Assembly: GCA_963746845.1 (NCBI GenBank)
Contig: CAVVCZ010000005.1
Location: forward strand, 192,001 to 256,000
Length of the DNA: 64,000 nt
Source of the DNA: an uncultured Chloroflexia bacterium
GTDB taxonomy: Bacteria; Chloroflexota; Limnocylindria; Limnocylindrales; CSP1-4
Direction: 5' to 3'
This document shows positions 40,339-50,733 of the stretch, one piece after another. Made by a program: the position numbers and the translations under genes. The notes beneath the pieces are model-generated. The model did no database searches. It saw only the letters and a program-made list of their open reading frames with translations, and was not told the origin of the DNA. Position 1 is the stretch's first letter. Each line of letters starts with the position of its first letter.

Positions 40339-40899
40339 TCAGGACGCGGCGAGGTCCCCGGCGGCGGCCGCGCCCTGCCGGCCCCGGCGCATCACGACGA
40401 CGAGCAGGACGAACACGCCGGCCGCCAGCAGGACGTCACCCACGCTGAAGACGTTCGCGAAGGGGACCCAGCGCGGAAGGGCGAACCGGTCGATCAGGAC
40501 CGGCAGGTTCGGGCTGGCGACGACGGCGCTGTTCGAGTAGATGGTCGGCGCCGTCTTGCCGAGGCTCGCGAGTGCCTCGGGCGTCGCCGGCATGAACCCG
40601 CCGTTCGTGATGATCGCGGCCATGTTGCAGGCGGCACCGAGGACGATCAGGGGCAGCCCGGGCAGATCGAGGTTGCGGAGGACGGCAACGACCACGAGCA
40701 GGGTCGTCGCGACGTACAGGATCGGACCGGCGTCGCCGACCCGGGACGCGACCGCGTCCGAGAACAGCACGACCTGACCGAGGAAGCCGACGACGATCAG
40801 CGGCGCCCACCGGAAGCGGATCTCCGCGATCGCCGAAAGCCGGCCGCCCGTGGCCAGTCCGACCACGATGCCCGCGACGAGGGCGTACAGGATGAACAT
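40339..40899 (-). CDS. DUF5317-like membrane protein, copy 2
   Basis: GGRL, NxxAIxxNGGxMP and DRFALPRWVPFANVFSVGD motifs; this is the C-terminal part of the 1034-aa track ORF. Confidence 0.85.
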   Translation of the reverse strand: MFILYALVAGIVVGLATGGRLSAIAEIRFRWAPLIVVGFLGQVVLFSDAVASRVGDAGPILYVATTLLVVVAVLRNLDLPGLPLIVLGAACNMAAIITNGGFMPATPEALASLGKTAPTIYSNSAVVASPNLPVLIDRFALPRWVPFANVFSVGDVLLAAGVFVLLVVVMRRGRQGAAAAGDLAAS

Positions 40900-40907
40900 C
40901 GTCCGTC

Positions 40908-43511
40908 CTAGCTCGCCGGCTGGATCGCGGTCCGGCGGGGCGCCGGCTCCGGGCGGACGGCGCCCGGCTTCGACCACAGGGCCGCGGCGATCGTCGGGCC
41001 GTCGGCGGGGCGGGCGAAGTAGTAGCCCTGGCCCAGCTCGCAGCCGAGGTCGCGCAGCGCGGTGAGCTGGCCCTCGTCCTCGATCCCCTCGGCCACGACC
41101 TGGAGGTTGAGCGTCCGGCCGAGGGCGATGATCGCCCGCGCGAACGCCCACTCGTCCGACGATGCCTCGGCGCTGCCGATGAACTCGCGGGCGATCTTCA
41201 GGATGTCGACCTGGAACCGGCGCAGGTAACCGAGCGACGAGTACCCGGTCCCGAAGTCGTCGATCGCGATCCGGATCCCGAGCGCCCGCAGGGCCTGCAG
41301 GCGGGCGATCGTCGTGTGCGTGTCGTGGAACATCGCCGACTCGGTCAGCTCGAGGATCAGGTCGGTCGCCGGGAAGCCCGTCTCGGTGAGGATCGACTCG
41401 ACGTCCTCGACGAACGTCGGCTGCTGGAGCTGGGCGGCGGACAGGTTGACGGACAGGGCGATCCGCTCCGTTCGCCGGTCCCGCCACGACTCGACCTCGC
41501 GGCAGCTCTCGTGGAGCATCCACCGGCCGAGGGCGAGGATCGTCCCGTTCTCCTCGGCGAGGCGGATGAACTCGTCCGGGCGGAGGATCCCGCGGGTCGG
41601 GTGGCGCCATCGGACGAGGGCCTCGACGCCGTACGTCGCCCCGGTCGCGAGCGTGACGATCGGCTGGAAGTGGGCGAGGAGCTCGCCGCGGCCGATGCTC
41701 TTCGTCAGCTCGGACGCGAGCGCATGTCGCTCGACGAGGGCGGCATGCATCGTCGACTCGAACACGGCATAGCGGTTCTTGCCGGCCGCTTTCGCGGTGT
41801 ACATCGCGACGTCGGCGTTGCGCAGCAGCTCGTCGGCCCGCTCGCTCTCCGCGCCGGCCCGGGCGGCGGCGACGCCGATGCTCGCGGCGATCGAGATCTC
41901 CTGCCCGTCGATCTGGAGCGGCGCCTGGAGCGCCTCGAGGATCCGCCGGCAGACTGCGATGCTCTCGGACAGGTCGGCCGTGTCCTCGAGGAGGATCGCG
42001 AATTCGTCGCCGCCGAGCCGCGCCGCGAGGTCGGTGGCCCGGACGCAGCCGCGGACGCGATCCCCGACGGCGATCAGGAGCCGGTCGCCGGCCACGTGTC
42101 CGAGCGTGTCGTTGACCACCTTGAAGTCGTCGAGGTCGATGAACAGGACGACGGGCCGGCGGATACCGCTGTCGGCCAGGATCCGACCATCCACCTGCTC
42201 GACGAACAGGCTCCGGTTCGCGAGCCCGGTCAGCGGGTCGTGATAGGCCTGGAACCGGAGCTGCTCCTTGAGCCGCGACAGCTCGGCCAGCGACTGCTCC
42301 AGCTGACCGTTCTCCAGGGCGACCGCGGCCTGGTTCGCGAGCGTCTCGAGCAGCCGCAGGTCGTCGTCGGTGAAGACCGTCCCCTCGGTCAGGCGGTTGC
42401 CGACGAGCATCGAGCCGATCAGGGTGGACTCGCCGCGGAGCGGGGCGACCATCGCCTGGCGCAGGGTCGCCCGCTCCGGTTCGAACGGCGACGGGCTGAA
42501 GAAGAACGCGTGCGGCTCGTTCCGGATCCGGCGGGCGATCGGATCGTCCGGCGTGAACGGCACCGGGACCATGGCCGTCGCGGGCGCGCCGTCGATGCTC
42601 GTCGTCCGGAGCGCGTCCTCGCCGGGGATCCGCGGATGGAGCAGCACCTCGGCGCGCTCGGCGCGGAACATCTCGCGGGCGTGGTCGAGCAGGGCGACGA
42701 TCGCCGAGTCGAGCTCCGGCGAGTGCTGGAGGATCCGCCCGGACTGGTACAGGAACTCGAGCCGCTCGCCCTTCTCGCGCTCCGACAGATAGGCCCGGTA
42801 GGCGAGGAAGACCGTCACGAGCGGGACGATCAGGAGCCAGAGCAGGCCCGGGTCGAGCCACAGGATCGACACGGCCAGGAGCGCCAGGCTCGTGTTGGCG
42901 ACGGCGACGAGGCCGCCGAACTGGATCATCTGTGGCAGCTTCTGGAACTGCGGCGCGCCGCCCGACAGCGAGATCGCCGTGGCGATCGTCACCGCCGACA
43001 GCACGGTCGTCGTCAGCGTCGCGGCGAACGCCGCCACCCAGTCCGCAGCGCTGGGCGTCCCCTCCAGGTTCGCGATCAGGTGGAACACGACGAGCGCGGC
43101 GGTCGCGCCCAGCCCGAAGTTGGTCACGTTGAACGCGAACTTCAGGGGAGGCTGGCGGAACCAGGCAAGCGCCACGGCGGACCCGATCAGGATCACGGCG
43201 AGGATGTAGTCGTGCGGACTGAGGAGGAACAGCCCGATGACGGCCGGGAACTCGCTCAGCGAGAAGCTGTGGGCCTCGCGCCGGAAGTGGACGTCGATGA
43301 CCTTCAGCTCGGCCAGGCAGAAGCCCGCAGCGATCAGGGGCCACGGGAAGTCGATCGGGACGAGGGAGACGTGCGGCCGCGGCTCGATGACCAGGATGTC
43401 GAGGAGGACGGCGACCAGGGCGAGCGAGGCCGTGAAGGCCCACACCCGGAGCGCGGGCGAGCCGACACCGACGCGCAGCCGCTCGAGGCTGCGCCCGCCG
43501 GCGGCGACCAT
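40908..43511 (-). CDS. Membrane-bound diguanylate cyclase/phosphodiesterase (multi-TM sensor - GAF-like - GGDEF - EAL)
   Basis: About 6-7 TM N-terminus; DPLTGLANR, DLDDFKVVND, GGDEF; EALVRW, ELTES, DDFGTGYSS, VAEGIE and QGYYF, so both active sites look intact. Start may be further upstream. Confidence 0.93.
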   Translation of the reverse strand: MVAAGGRSLERLRVGVGSPALRVWAFTASLALVAVLLDILVIEPRPHVSLVPIDFPWPLIAAGFCLAELKVIDVHFRREAHSFSLSEFPAVIGLFLLSPHDYILAVILIGSAVALAWFRQPPLKFAFNVTNFGLGATAALVVFHLIANLEGTPSAADWVAAFAATLTTTVLSAVTIATAISLSGGAPQFQKLPQMIQFGGLVAVANTSLALLAVSILWLDPGLLWLLIVPLVTVFLAYRAYLSEREKGERLEFLYQSGRILQHSPELDSAIVALLDHAREMFRAERAEVLLHPRIPGEDALRTTSIDGAPATAMVPVPFTPDDPIARRIRNEPHAFFFSPSPFEPERATLRQAMVAPLRGESTLIGSMLVGNRLTEGTVFTDDDLRLLETLANQAAVALENGQLEQSLAELSRLKEQLRFQAYHDPLTGLANRSLFVEQVDGRILADSGIRRPVVLFIDLDDFKVVNDTLGHVAGDRLLIAVGDRVRGCVRATDLAARLGGDEFAILLEDTADLSESIAVCRRILEALQAPLQIDGQEISIAASIGVAAARAGAESERADELLRNADVAMYTAKAAGKNRYAVFESTMHAALVERHALASELTKSIGRGELLAHFQPIVTLATGATYGVEALVRWRHPTRGILRPDEFIRLAEENGTILALGRWMLHESCREVESWRDRRTERIALSVNLSAAQLQQPTFVEDVESILTETGFPATDLILELTESAMFHDTHTTIARLQALRALGIRIAIDDFGTGYSSLGYLRRFQVDILKIAREFIGSAEASSDEWAFARAIIALGRTLNLQVVAEGIEDEGQLTALRDLGCELGQGYYFARPADGPTIAAALWSKPGAVRPEPAPRRTAIQPAS

Positions 43512-43677
43512 GTCCTGTTCGAGATCGTCCTTCGCTCGGACCGTCGCCGGGCGTCCTGGCGGATTCCCGCCCACGCGCGCCTCCATTCCGTCCCGTGGCA
43601 CCTGTTGTACGCGTCGAACCGACGATCGGGGCGTAGGTCCGAGGTACCGCGGCGCGCAGGACGAATCGCGCGGACGG

Positions 43678-44244
43678 TCAGGAAGTTGGCGCGTCCGCGG
43701 GTCGGTCCGGGGTCCCGTCGGCGCGCCGCTCCCGGCGCATCGCCGCGGCGATCGCGACAGCGACCCCGACCCCGATCAGCACGTCGCCGACGCTGAAGAC
43801 GTTGGCCATCGGCAGCCACGCGGGCAGCGCGAAGACGTCGGTCAGCGGCTCGAGGGCTGGTCGTTCGACCACGACGCTGTTCGTGTTCGGGCCGACGCCC
43901 ATTCCGAGGGTCGCCAGCGCGGCCGGGCTGGCGGGCATCGCTCCGCCGTTCGCGAGGATGGCCGCGAGGTTGAGGCCGGCCCCGACCGCGATCAGCGGGA
44001 CGCCGGTGATCCCGAGGTTGGCGAGGACGACGATCCCGACGAGGGCGGTCGACCCGACGTAGATGGCCCGTGCGACGTCCGGGGCGAGGCCGTCCGCCAG
44101 CGGTGAGAAGAGGACGAGCTGGATCGCCAGGGCGACGAAGACAAGTGGGCCGAGCCGGAAGTGGACCTCAGCCAGCCGCTCGAGGCGACCGCCGAGAAGC
44201 AGCCCGACGACGATCCCGGCGATGAGCCCATAGAGGATGAACAC
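43678..44244 (-). CDS. DUF5317-like membrane protein, copy 1
   Basis: Paralog of 40339-40899 (NLAAILANGGAMP; DVFALPAWLPMANVFSVGD); GATACT -10-like box 6 nt before GTG 44244. Confidence 0.85.
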   Translation of the reverse strand: MFILYGLIAGIVVGLLLGGRLERLAEVHFRLGPLVFVALAIQLVLFSPLADGLAPDVARAIYVGSTALVGIVVLANLGITGVPLIAVGAGLNLAAILANGGAMPASPAALATLGMGVGPNTNSVVVERPALEPLTDVFALPAWLPMANVFSVGDVLIGVGVAVAIAAAMRRERRADGTPDRPADAPTS

Positions 44245-44363
44245 GGTCCCAGTATCCGCGGCTGTGGGGCGTCGGCGCGGGGTCGGCGAGGCGGAGCCGG
44301 GCCCTGTGCTAGCCTCCGGCTCGTCTTGCACCCCCCGCCCAACCGCCTGCAGCCCGGACCACC

Positions 44364-45809
44364 ATGACCGACCGCCAGCCCCGAACGATCGTCGACAAGA
44401 TCTGGGACGACCACGTCGTCGCCCAGGACGACGGCGCGCCGGCGATCCTCTCGGTCGACCTCCACCTCGTCCACGAGGTCACGTCGCCGCAGGCGTTCAG
44501 CGGACTGCGCGCCCGCGGGCTGACGGTCCGCCACCCGGATCGGACGGTGGCCACCGCGGACCACTCCACGCCGACCCACGCGCGCTCCCTGCCCATCGCG
44601 GACCCGATGGCCGCGGCACAGGTCGCCCAGCTCGAGACGAACTGCCGCGAGTTCGGCATCCCGCTCCACGGTCTCGGCTCGCCGAACCAGGGGATCGTTC
44701 ACGTGATCGGGCCGCAGCTCGGGCTCACCCAGCCCGGGATGACGATCGTCTGCGGCGACTCCCACACGGCGACGCACGGCGCGTTCGGTGCGCTCGCGTT
44801 CGGGATCGGGACGAGCGAGGTCGAGATGGTCCTCGCGACCCAGACGCTCCTCCAGCGCCGCCCGAAGACGTACGAGGTCCGGGTCGACGGCCGCCTCGTC
44901 CCGGGAGTCAGCAGCAAGGATGTCATCCTCGCGCTGATCGCCCGGATCGGGATCGGCGGCGGGACCGGCCACGTCTTCGAATACACCGGCGACGCGATCC
45001 GCGCCCTGACGATGGAGCAGCGGATGACGATCTGCAACATGTCGATCGAGGGCGGGGCGCGGGCCGGCTTGATCGCGCCGGACGACACGACGTTCGACTA
45101 CGTCGCCGGGCGACCACACGCCCCCGCCGGCGCGGCCTGGGACGCCGCCGTCGCCGCGTGGCGGACCCTGCCGAGCGATGACGGCGCGACGTACGACCGC
45201 TCGATCACGATCGACGCCTCGGCCCTCGAGCCGATGGTCACCTACGGCACGAACCCCGGGATGGGGATCCCGATCACGTCGCGCGTCCCCTCGCCGGACG
45301 ACCAGGCCGACGCGTCGTCGCGCCGCGCGCTCGAGCGCGCCCTCGAGTACATGGACCTCCAGCCGGGTCAGCCGATCCTCGGCCAGAAGGTCGATGTCGT
45401 CTTCGTCGGCTCGTGCACCAACGGCCGGATCAGTGACCTGCGCCTGGCCGCCGAGGTCCTCCGCGACCGCAAGGTCGCCGCCGGTGTCCGGATGATGATC
45501 GTGCCGGGCTCCGACGAGGTGAAGCGCGAGGCCGAGCGCGAGGGCCTGAACGAGATCTTCCGGGCCGCCGGCGCCGAGTGGCGCGAGGCCGGCTGCTCGA
45601 TGTGCATCGCGATGAACGGCGACCAGCTGTCGCCCGGGCAGTACGCCATCAGCACCTCGAACCGGAACTTCGAGGGCCGCCAGGGCAAGGGCGGACGGAC
45701 GTTCCTCGCCTCGCCGCTCACCGCGGCCGCGTCGGCGATCCGCGGCGAGGTCACCGACCCGCGGACGCTCCCGGGCATCGAGACCCTCGCCGCCGTCGGC
45801 GGGCGCTGA
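44364..45809 (+). CDS. leuC: 3-isopropylmalate dehydratase large subunit
   Basis: [22 protein letters not shown] and GCSMC motifs. Confidence 0.97.
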   Translation: MTDRQPRTIVDKIWDDHVVAQDDGAPAILSVDLHLVHEVTSPQAFSGLRARGLTVRHPDRTVATADHSTPTHARSLPIADPMAAAQVAQLETNCREFGIPLHGLGSPNQGIVHVIGPQLGLTQPGMTIVCGDSHTATHGAFGALAFGIGTSEVEMVLATQTLLQRRPKTYEVRVDGRLVPGVSSKDVILALIARIGIGGGTGHVFEYTGDAIRALTMEQRMTICNMSIEGGARAGLIAPDDTTFDYVAGRPHAPAGAAWDAAVAAWRTLPSDDGATYDRSITIDASALEPMVTYGTNPGMGIPITSRVPSPDDQADASSRRALERALEYMDLQPGQPILGQKVDVVFVGSCTNGRISDLRLAAEVLRDRKVAAGVRMMIVPGSDEVKREAEREGLNEIFRAAGAEWREAGCSMCIAMNGDQLSPGQYAISTSNRNFEGRQGKGGRTFLASPLTAAASAIRGEVTDPRTLPGIETLAAVGGR

Positions 45810-45819
45810 GGACCACCCG

Positions 45820-46443
45820 ATGGCCGAGCGGTTCCGCACCTTCACGAGCGCCGTCATCCCGCTGCCGGCGGAGAACGTCGACACGGATCAGATCGTTCCC
45901 GCGCGCTACCTGAAGGTCACGACGAAGGACGGGCTGCGCGACGCGCTGTTCCACGACTGGCGCTACGACGAGGACGGCGGCCTGAAGGAGCCCCTCTTCG
46001 TCATGGACCGGGTCGCGATGCTCGACCGCCAGATCCTGCTGGTCGGCGACAACTTCGGGACGGGCTCGTCCCGCGAGCACGCGCCATGGGCGCTGACCGC
46101 GTGGGGGATCCGGGCGATCCTGTCGACGTCGTTCGCGGACATCTTCCGGAACAACGCCCTGAAGAACGGGCTGCTGCCGATCGTCGTCGAGGAGGACGAG
46201 CACCATCACCTGTTCGAGCTGGTCGCCGCGAACCCGGCCGCCGAGCTGACGGTCGATCTGGAGGCGCAGGTCGTGCACCTGCCCGGCGACGAGGATCTCC
46301 CGTTCGAGGTCGATCCGTTCGCCCGGATGATGCTGCTCGCCGGGACGGACGAGATGGGCTATCTCGTGGCCAGGCTGCCCGTCATCGAGGCGTGGGAGGC
46401 CGGACGTCCGGCTCGCGTCGACACCCTCGCCGGGGCGGGCTGA
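45820..46443 (+). CDS. leuD: 3-isopropylmalate dehydratase small subunit
   Basis: NVDTDQI and NFGTGSSREHAPW motifs. Confidence 0.97.
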   Translation: MAERFRTFTSAVIPLPAENVDTDQIVPARYLKVTTKDGLRDALFHDWRYDEDGGLKEPLFVMDRVAMLDRQILLVGDNFGTGSSREHAPWALTAWGIRAILSTSFADIFRNNALKNGLLPIVVEEDEHHHLFELVAANPAAELTVDLEAQVVHLPGDEDLPFEVDPFARMMLLAGTDEMGYLVARLPVIEAWEAGRPARVDTLAGAG

Positions 46444-46498
46444 CCCCGACCGACCGGCCGCGGACGAGCCCCGACGAGGGCGACGAACGATGAGGAGG

Positions 46499-46630
46499 TC
46501 AGCGCGCCGGCCCGACGCCGACGATGCACAGGACGCAGCCGAAGTGCGGAGCCGTCGTGTGCGTCCGATGGACCGCTGCCATCCGGCGGGTGATCCGGTA
46601 GGGCGAGCGGCGGGTGTTGGTTCGAGACAT
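46499..46630 (-). CDS. Putative 43-aa small protein with HxxH...CxxC
   Basis: MSRTNTRRSPYRITRRMAAVHRTHTTAPHFGCVLCIVGVGPAR; AAAGGA SD upstream; fills an otherwise empty gap. Confidence 0.45.
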   Translation of the reverse strand: MSRTNTRRSPYRITRRMAAVHRTHTTAPHFGCVLCIVGVGPAR

Positions 46631-46798
46631 CGTGGGGATCCTTTCGGAGGGGTCAGGCGCCGCTCCACGATCGCACGGCGCCGGACCGGACCGGGATCGG
46701 CGGACGGCGGGTCGGGCACTGGACGGACGACGAGGGTCGCGGCAGTGATCGGTCGACGGCCGGGGAACCGCCCGCCAGGCGGTGTCGTCTGGCCGGGC

Positions 46799-47302
46799 AT
46801 GCCGACCCTCGTCCGGACATCACGCCGATGGCTCCTCCTGGCAGGCCTCGCCATCGCCGCGATCGGCGGCTGCAGCTCGGGGGCAGGGCCGACGGCGTCC
46901 GACGGCCCGTCGACCGCCCCGAGCGCACCGTCGGTCTCGACCCCTGTCGACCCGGGCGCCGGGGCGCCGACGCTCGTCCGACCGCAGCCGGGGCGGCTGA
47001 ACCCGCATCCCGTCTCGCCGCAGTCGCTCCAGGCGTCGGTGGACGGCCGGCACGTCCTCGTCCTGGTCAGCTGGTACGGCGGCGTGGAGCCGTGCAGCGT
47101 CCTGGACTCCGTCACGGACGAGCGGACGGATCGGACGATCGCCCTGACCGTGATCGAGGGCTCCTCCGATCTCACCGCGATCTGCCCGGAGATCGCGCTG
47201 CTGAAGGCGACGATCGTCGATCTCGGCGAGCTCGAGCCGGGCGCCTGGACGATCACCGCCCCGAAGAGCGACGCGACGCCGATCCAGCTGACGATCAGCT
47301 AG
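46799..47302 (+). CDS. Putative lipoprotein
   Basis: Signal peptide ending IGGC, Pro/Ser linker, small domain with two Cys. Confidence 0.75.
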   Translation: MPTLVRTSRRWLLLAGLAIAAIGGCSSGAGPTASDGPSTAPSAPSVSTPVDPGAGAPTLVRPQPGRLNPHPVSPQSLQASVDGRHVLVLVSWYGGVEPCSVLDSVTDERTDRTIALTVIEGSSDLTAICPEIALLKATIVDLGELEPGAWTITAPKSDATPIQLTIS

Positions 47303-47363
47303 GCCGAACCGGACCGTTCGGCCGAACGTCAATCCGGCGGCGGGTCGGCGATACTTCCGCCAG

Positions 47364-48542
47364 GTGAATGTCTTCGACGTTCTCGTCATCGTCCTCGTGT
47401 TCCTCGCGGTCCTCATCGGGATCAGCTCCGGTGCCCTCCCCCAGATCGGCGGCCTGATCGGCGCCTTCGCCGGCGGTGCCGTCGCGATCCTCGCGCTGCC
47501 GTGGGTCGAGCCGCTGATCGAGAACCTCAACCCGCTGCTCCGGGCCATCGCCGTGCTCGGCGGCATGCTGTTCATCGTCGGGGTCGGCGAGGCGATCGGA
47601 TCCGCGCTCGGGCGGGTTGGCGCGTCGCATCTCCGGGACAGCCCGCTCCGGACCGTCGACCGGGCGGCCGGTGGCGTCGTCGGTGCGGCGCAGGCGCTCC
47701 TGGTCGTCTGGCTGATCGGCGGTCTGCTCGCCGCCGGTCCGATGCGGGTCCTCGCGACCCAGGCCCAGACCTCGCTCGTCGTCCGCGGCCTCAACAGCGT
47801 CCTCCCGGCCCCGACGGAGATCGCGAGCGCCCTCGGCCGGCTCCTCGATGACACCGGCCTCCCCGACCTGTTCGTCGGCCTCGAGCCACTCCCGGCGCCG
47901 CCCGTCGCCCAGCCCGGCGATCCGGCCGCCGAAGCGATCGCGCGCGGGGCCCGCCCGAGCACGGTCCGCGTCGCGGCCGCGACCTGCGAGTTCAACTCCC
48001 TCGGGAGCGGGTTCGCGATCGCCCCGCACTACGTCGTGACCAACGCCCATGTCGTGGCCGGTGCCCGCACGGTTCGGGTGGCCGTGCCGGACGGCAGCGT
48101 CGACGACGCCGTCCCGGTCTTCTTCGACCCGGAGCTCGACGTCGCCCTGCTGTGGGTGTCGGACCTGTCCGCCGCTCCGCTCCGGCTCGCGGCCGCGGAC
48201 CCGGCCCGCGGTGCGATCGGGGCGACGCTCGGCTATCCCCACGGCGGCTCGCTGGTCGTCTCGCCGGCCGCGGTCTCCGGCGCGTACGTCGCCCAGGGTC
48301 GCGACATCTACGGCGAGGACCGGGTGAGCCGGCGGATCCTCGAGCTCCGGGCCCAGGTGGACCAGGGCGACAGCGGCGGGCCGCTGATCCTCAGCGACGG
48401 CACCGTCGGCGGGGTCGTGTTCGCTGAGGCCCGGACGGACGACTCGGTCGGCTACGCGCTGACGCCGACGGCGGTGGCACGGGCGGTCGAGCCCTCGCTC
48501 GGGCGGACCGGCGCCGTCGACACGGGGGCGTGCATCCGCTGA
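47364..48542 (+). CDS. MarP-family serine protease (CvpA-like TM domain plus trypsin-like domain)
   Basis: GSGF, VTNAHVV, DVALL and GDSGGP motifs. Confidence 0.92.
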   Translation: MNVFDVLVIVLVFLAVLIGISSGALPQIGGLIGAFAGGAVAILALPWVEPLIENLNPLLRAIAVLGGMLFIVGVGEAIGSALGRVGASHLRDSPLRTVDRAAGGVVGAAQALLVVWLIGGLLAAGPMRVLATQAQTSLVVRGLNSVLPAPTEIASALGRLLDDTGLPDLFVGLEPLPAPPVAQPGDPAAEAIARGARPSTVRVAAATCEFNSLGSGFAIAPHYVVTNAHVVAGARTVRVAVPDGSVDDAVPVFFDPELDVALLWVSDLSAAPLRLAAADPARGAIGATLGYPHGGSLVVSPAAVSGAYVAQGRDIYGEDRVSRRILELRAQVDQGDSGGPLILSDGTVGGVVFAEARTDDSVGYALTPTAVARAVEPSLGRTGAVDTGACIR

Positions 48543-48573
48543 CGCCGGGCGCCCGGGTCCGTAGGCTGTGCAC

Positions 48574-50286
48574 ATGACCGACACCGCGATCGACGACGCC
48601 CGCGCCCGGCTCACCGCGCTGGCCGACGAGGCCTGGGACAGCCAGATGGCCGCCAACCCGATCGAGGCGACCGCCCTCGGCGATCGCCGGTTCGACGACC
48701 GGCTCCCGGCGAACGGACCCGGAGCGGAGGCCGCCGACGTCGAGCGCCTGGACGTCCTCCGCGGGCGGGCCCTCGCGATCGACCCGACGACCCTGGACCC
48801 CGGCGACCGCGTCACCCGGGACGCCCTCGTCGAGTACCTGGCCAACGAGCTGGACCGCGTCGCGGCGGGCCTCGAATCGTGGTCGGTCGATCCGCTCGAC
48901 GGGCCACAGGTGACGTTCCTGAACATCCCGTCGTACCAGCCGATCCGCGATGCCGCCGAGGCCGACGCGCTGGTCGGTCGGTGGCGGGAGATGGGACCGT
49001 GGATCGACCGTCTCGTGGCGTCGTCGCGCGATGCGCTCGCGCGCGGCGTCGGCGCCCCGGCGGCCCTCGTCCGGAGCGTCCTCGCCGAGCTGGACGATCT
49101 CCTGGCGCGGCCGGTCGAGGAGTGGCCGCTCGTCGACCCGGCCCGCGAGCTCCCGGTCGATCTGCCGCCCGCCGAAGCGGCGACGATCGCCCACGAGATC
49201 CGGTCCGCGGTGAGCGAGGCCATCCGCCCGGCCTTCGCCCGCTACCGCGCGTTCCTCGCCGGAGAGCTCGCCCCCGTCGCGCGACCGGACGACCGGCCGG
49301 GCCTCGCCTCGGTCCCGGGCGGCGATGCTGCCTACGCTCGCCTCGTCCGGTTCCACACGACCCTCGACCTCACGCCCGAGGCGATCCACCGGATCGGGCT
49401 GGATGAGACCACGCGGATCGACGACGAGTTCGCCGAGCTCGGTGGTCGGGTCCTCGGCACGAGCGACCGGCACGAGGTGATCAGCCGGCTCCGGTCCGAC
49501 CCGGCGCTCCACTTCTCCACGCCGGCCGAGGTGTACCACGTCGCCGAGACCTCGCTCGCCCGGGCAAACGCGGCGATCGCCGGGTGGTTCGGGCGCCTGC
49601 CCGTCACGCCGTGCGTCGTCGTCGAGATGGCCGAGCACGAGGCCCGACACTCGACGATCGCCTACTACCGCCAGCCCGCCGCGGACGGCAGCCGCCCGGG
49701 CAGCTACTACATCAACACGTCGGAGCCCGCGACCCGGCCGCGGTACGAGGCCGAGGTCCTGGCCTTCCACGAGGCCGTCCCCGGCCACCACCTCCAGATC
49801 GCGATCGCCCAGGAGCTCGAGGGCCTGCCTGCGTTCCGGCGGCTGGCGGGCGCGACCGCGTACGTGGAGGGCTGGGGGCTGTACACGGAGCGACTGTCGG
49901 AGGAGATGGGCCTCTACTCGGGCGACCTGGACCGGTTCGGGATTCTGTCGTTCGACGCGTGGCGGGCGAGCCGGCTCGTCGTCGACACCGGCCTCCACGC
50001 GATGGGCTGGAGCCGGGACGAGGCGATCGGGTTCATGGTCGATCACACCGCGCTCGCGGAGAACAACATCGCGAACGAGGTCGATCGGTACCTCGCGATC
50101 CCCGGCCAGGCCCTCGCCTACAAGCTCGGCCAGCTCGAGATCCTGCGGCTGCGCGACCGCGCGCGGGCCGCGCTCGGCGCCCGGTTCGACATCCGGGCGT
50201 TCCACGACGCGGTGCTCGGCGAGGGCGCGGTCGGCCTGCGGACGCTGGGCGACGCCATGGAGGCGTGGATCGCGAGCCAGTCTTGA
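48574..50286 (+). CDS. DUF885 family protein
   Basis: HEAVPGHHLQ, YVEGWGLYTE and PGQALAYK motifs; TAGGCT box 6 nt before ATG. Confidence 0.92.
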   Translation: MTDTAIDDARARLTALADEAWDSQMAANPIEATALGDRRFDDRLPANGPGAEAADVERLDVLRGRALAIDPTTLDPGDRVTRDALVEYLANELDRVAAGLESWSVDPLDGPQVTFLNIPSYQPIRDAAEADALVGRWREMGPWIDRLVASSRDALARGVGAPAALVRSVLAELDDLLARPVEEWPLVDPARELPVDLPPAEAATIAHEIRSAVSEAIRPAFARYRAFLAGELAPVARPDDRPGLASVPGGDAAYARLVRFHTTLDLTPEAIHRIGLDETTRIDDEFAELGGRVLGTSDRHEVISRLRSDPALHFSTPAEVYHVAETSLARANAAIAGWFGRLPVTPCVVVEMAEHEARHSTIAYYRQPAADGSRPGSYYINTSEPATRPRYEAEVLAFHEAVPGHHLQIAIAQELEGLPAFRRLAGATAYVEGWGLYTERLSEEMGLYSGDLDRFGILSFDAWRASRLVVDTGLHAMGWSRDEAIGFMVDHTALAENNIANEVDRYLAIPGQALAYKLGQLEILRLRDRARAALGARFDIRAFHDAVLGEGAVGLRTLGDAMEAWIASQS

Positions 50287-50304
50287 ACGGAGCCCAGATC
50301 CCGA

Positions 50305-50733
50305 TCAGTGCGGGACGTTGGGCTCCAGGTCGCGCAGGCGCATCGCCATCGACTCGAGGACGCTCAGCCGGATCGACGGGAACTCGTCCATCAGCGAGTG
50401 GAACTCGCGGTGGCCGAGGACGAGGAGCCGGCACGGGGTCGCCGTCGTCGCCGTCGCGGTCCTGGGTCGATCCGTCACGAGGGCGATGTCGCCGACGAAC
50501 TCTCCCGGGCCCATGATCCGGATCATCTGGCCGCCCTTGTCGATCCGCACCTGGCCCTCGACGATCACGAAGAACTCGTGCCCGACGTCGCCCTCGCGCA
50601 TCAGGACATGGTCGGCCTTGAGATCGACCTCGTCGGCGAGCCGCCCGACCTCCTCGAGGTCCTTCCGACTCAGGCCGGCCAGCAGCGGGGTCCGCTTGAG
50701 AAGCTCGAGCTTCTCGTCGGTGTGCGTCGCCAT
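50305..50733 (-). CDS. Stand-alone cyclic-nucleotide-binding domain protein
   Basis: [22 protein letters not shown] and PRTAT motifs. Confidence 0.9.
   Translation of the reverse strand: MATHTDEKLELLKRTPLLAGLSRKDLEEVGRLADEVDLKADHVLMREGDVGHEFFVIVEGQVRIDKGGQMIRIMGPGEFVGDIALVTDRPRTATATTATPCRLLVLGHREFHSLMDEFPSIRLSVLESMAMRLRDLEPNVPH

Noticed and set aside
41990-42150. GGDEF as a Hypr-type cGAMP synthase for the A20 riboswitch
   Set aside because: The signature residue is Asp (NDTLGHVAGD), typical of c-di-GMP cyclases.
40900-43443. 1034-aa ORF 40339-43443 as an overlapping gene
   Set aside because: The Arg/Pro-rich off-frame part is a high-GC artefact; only the last 186 aa (DUF5317) look real.
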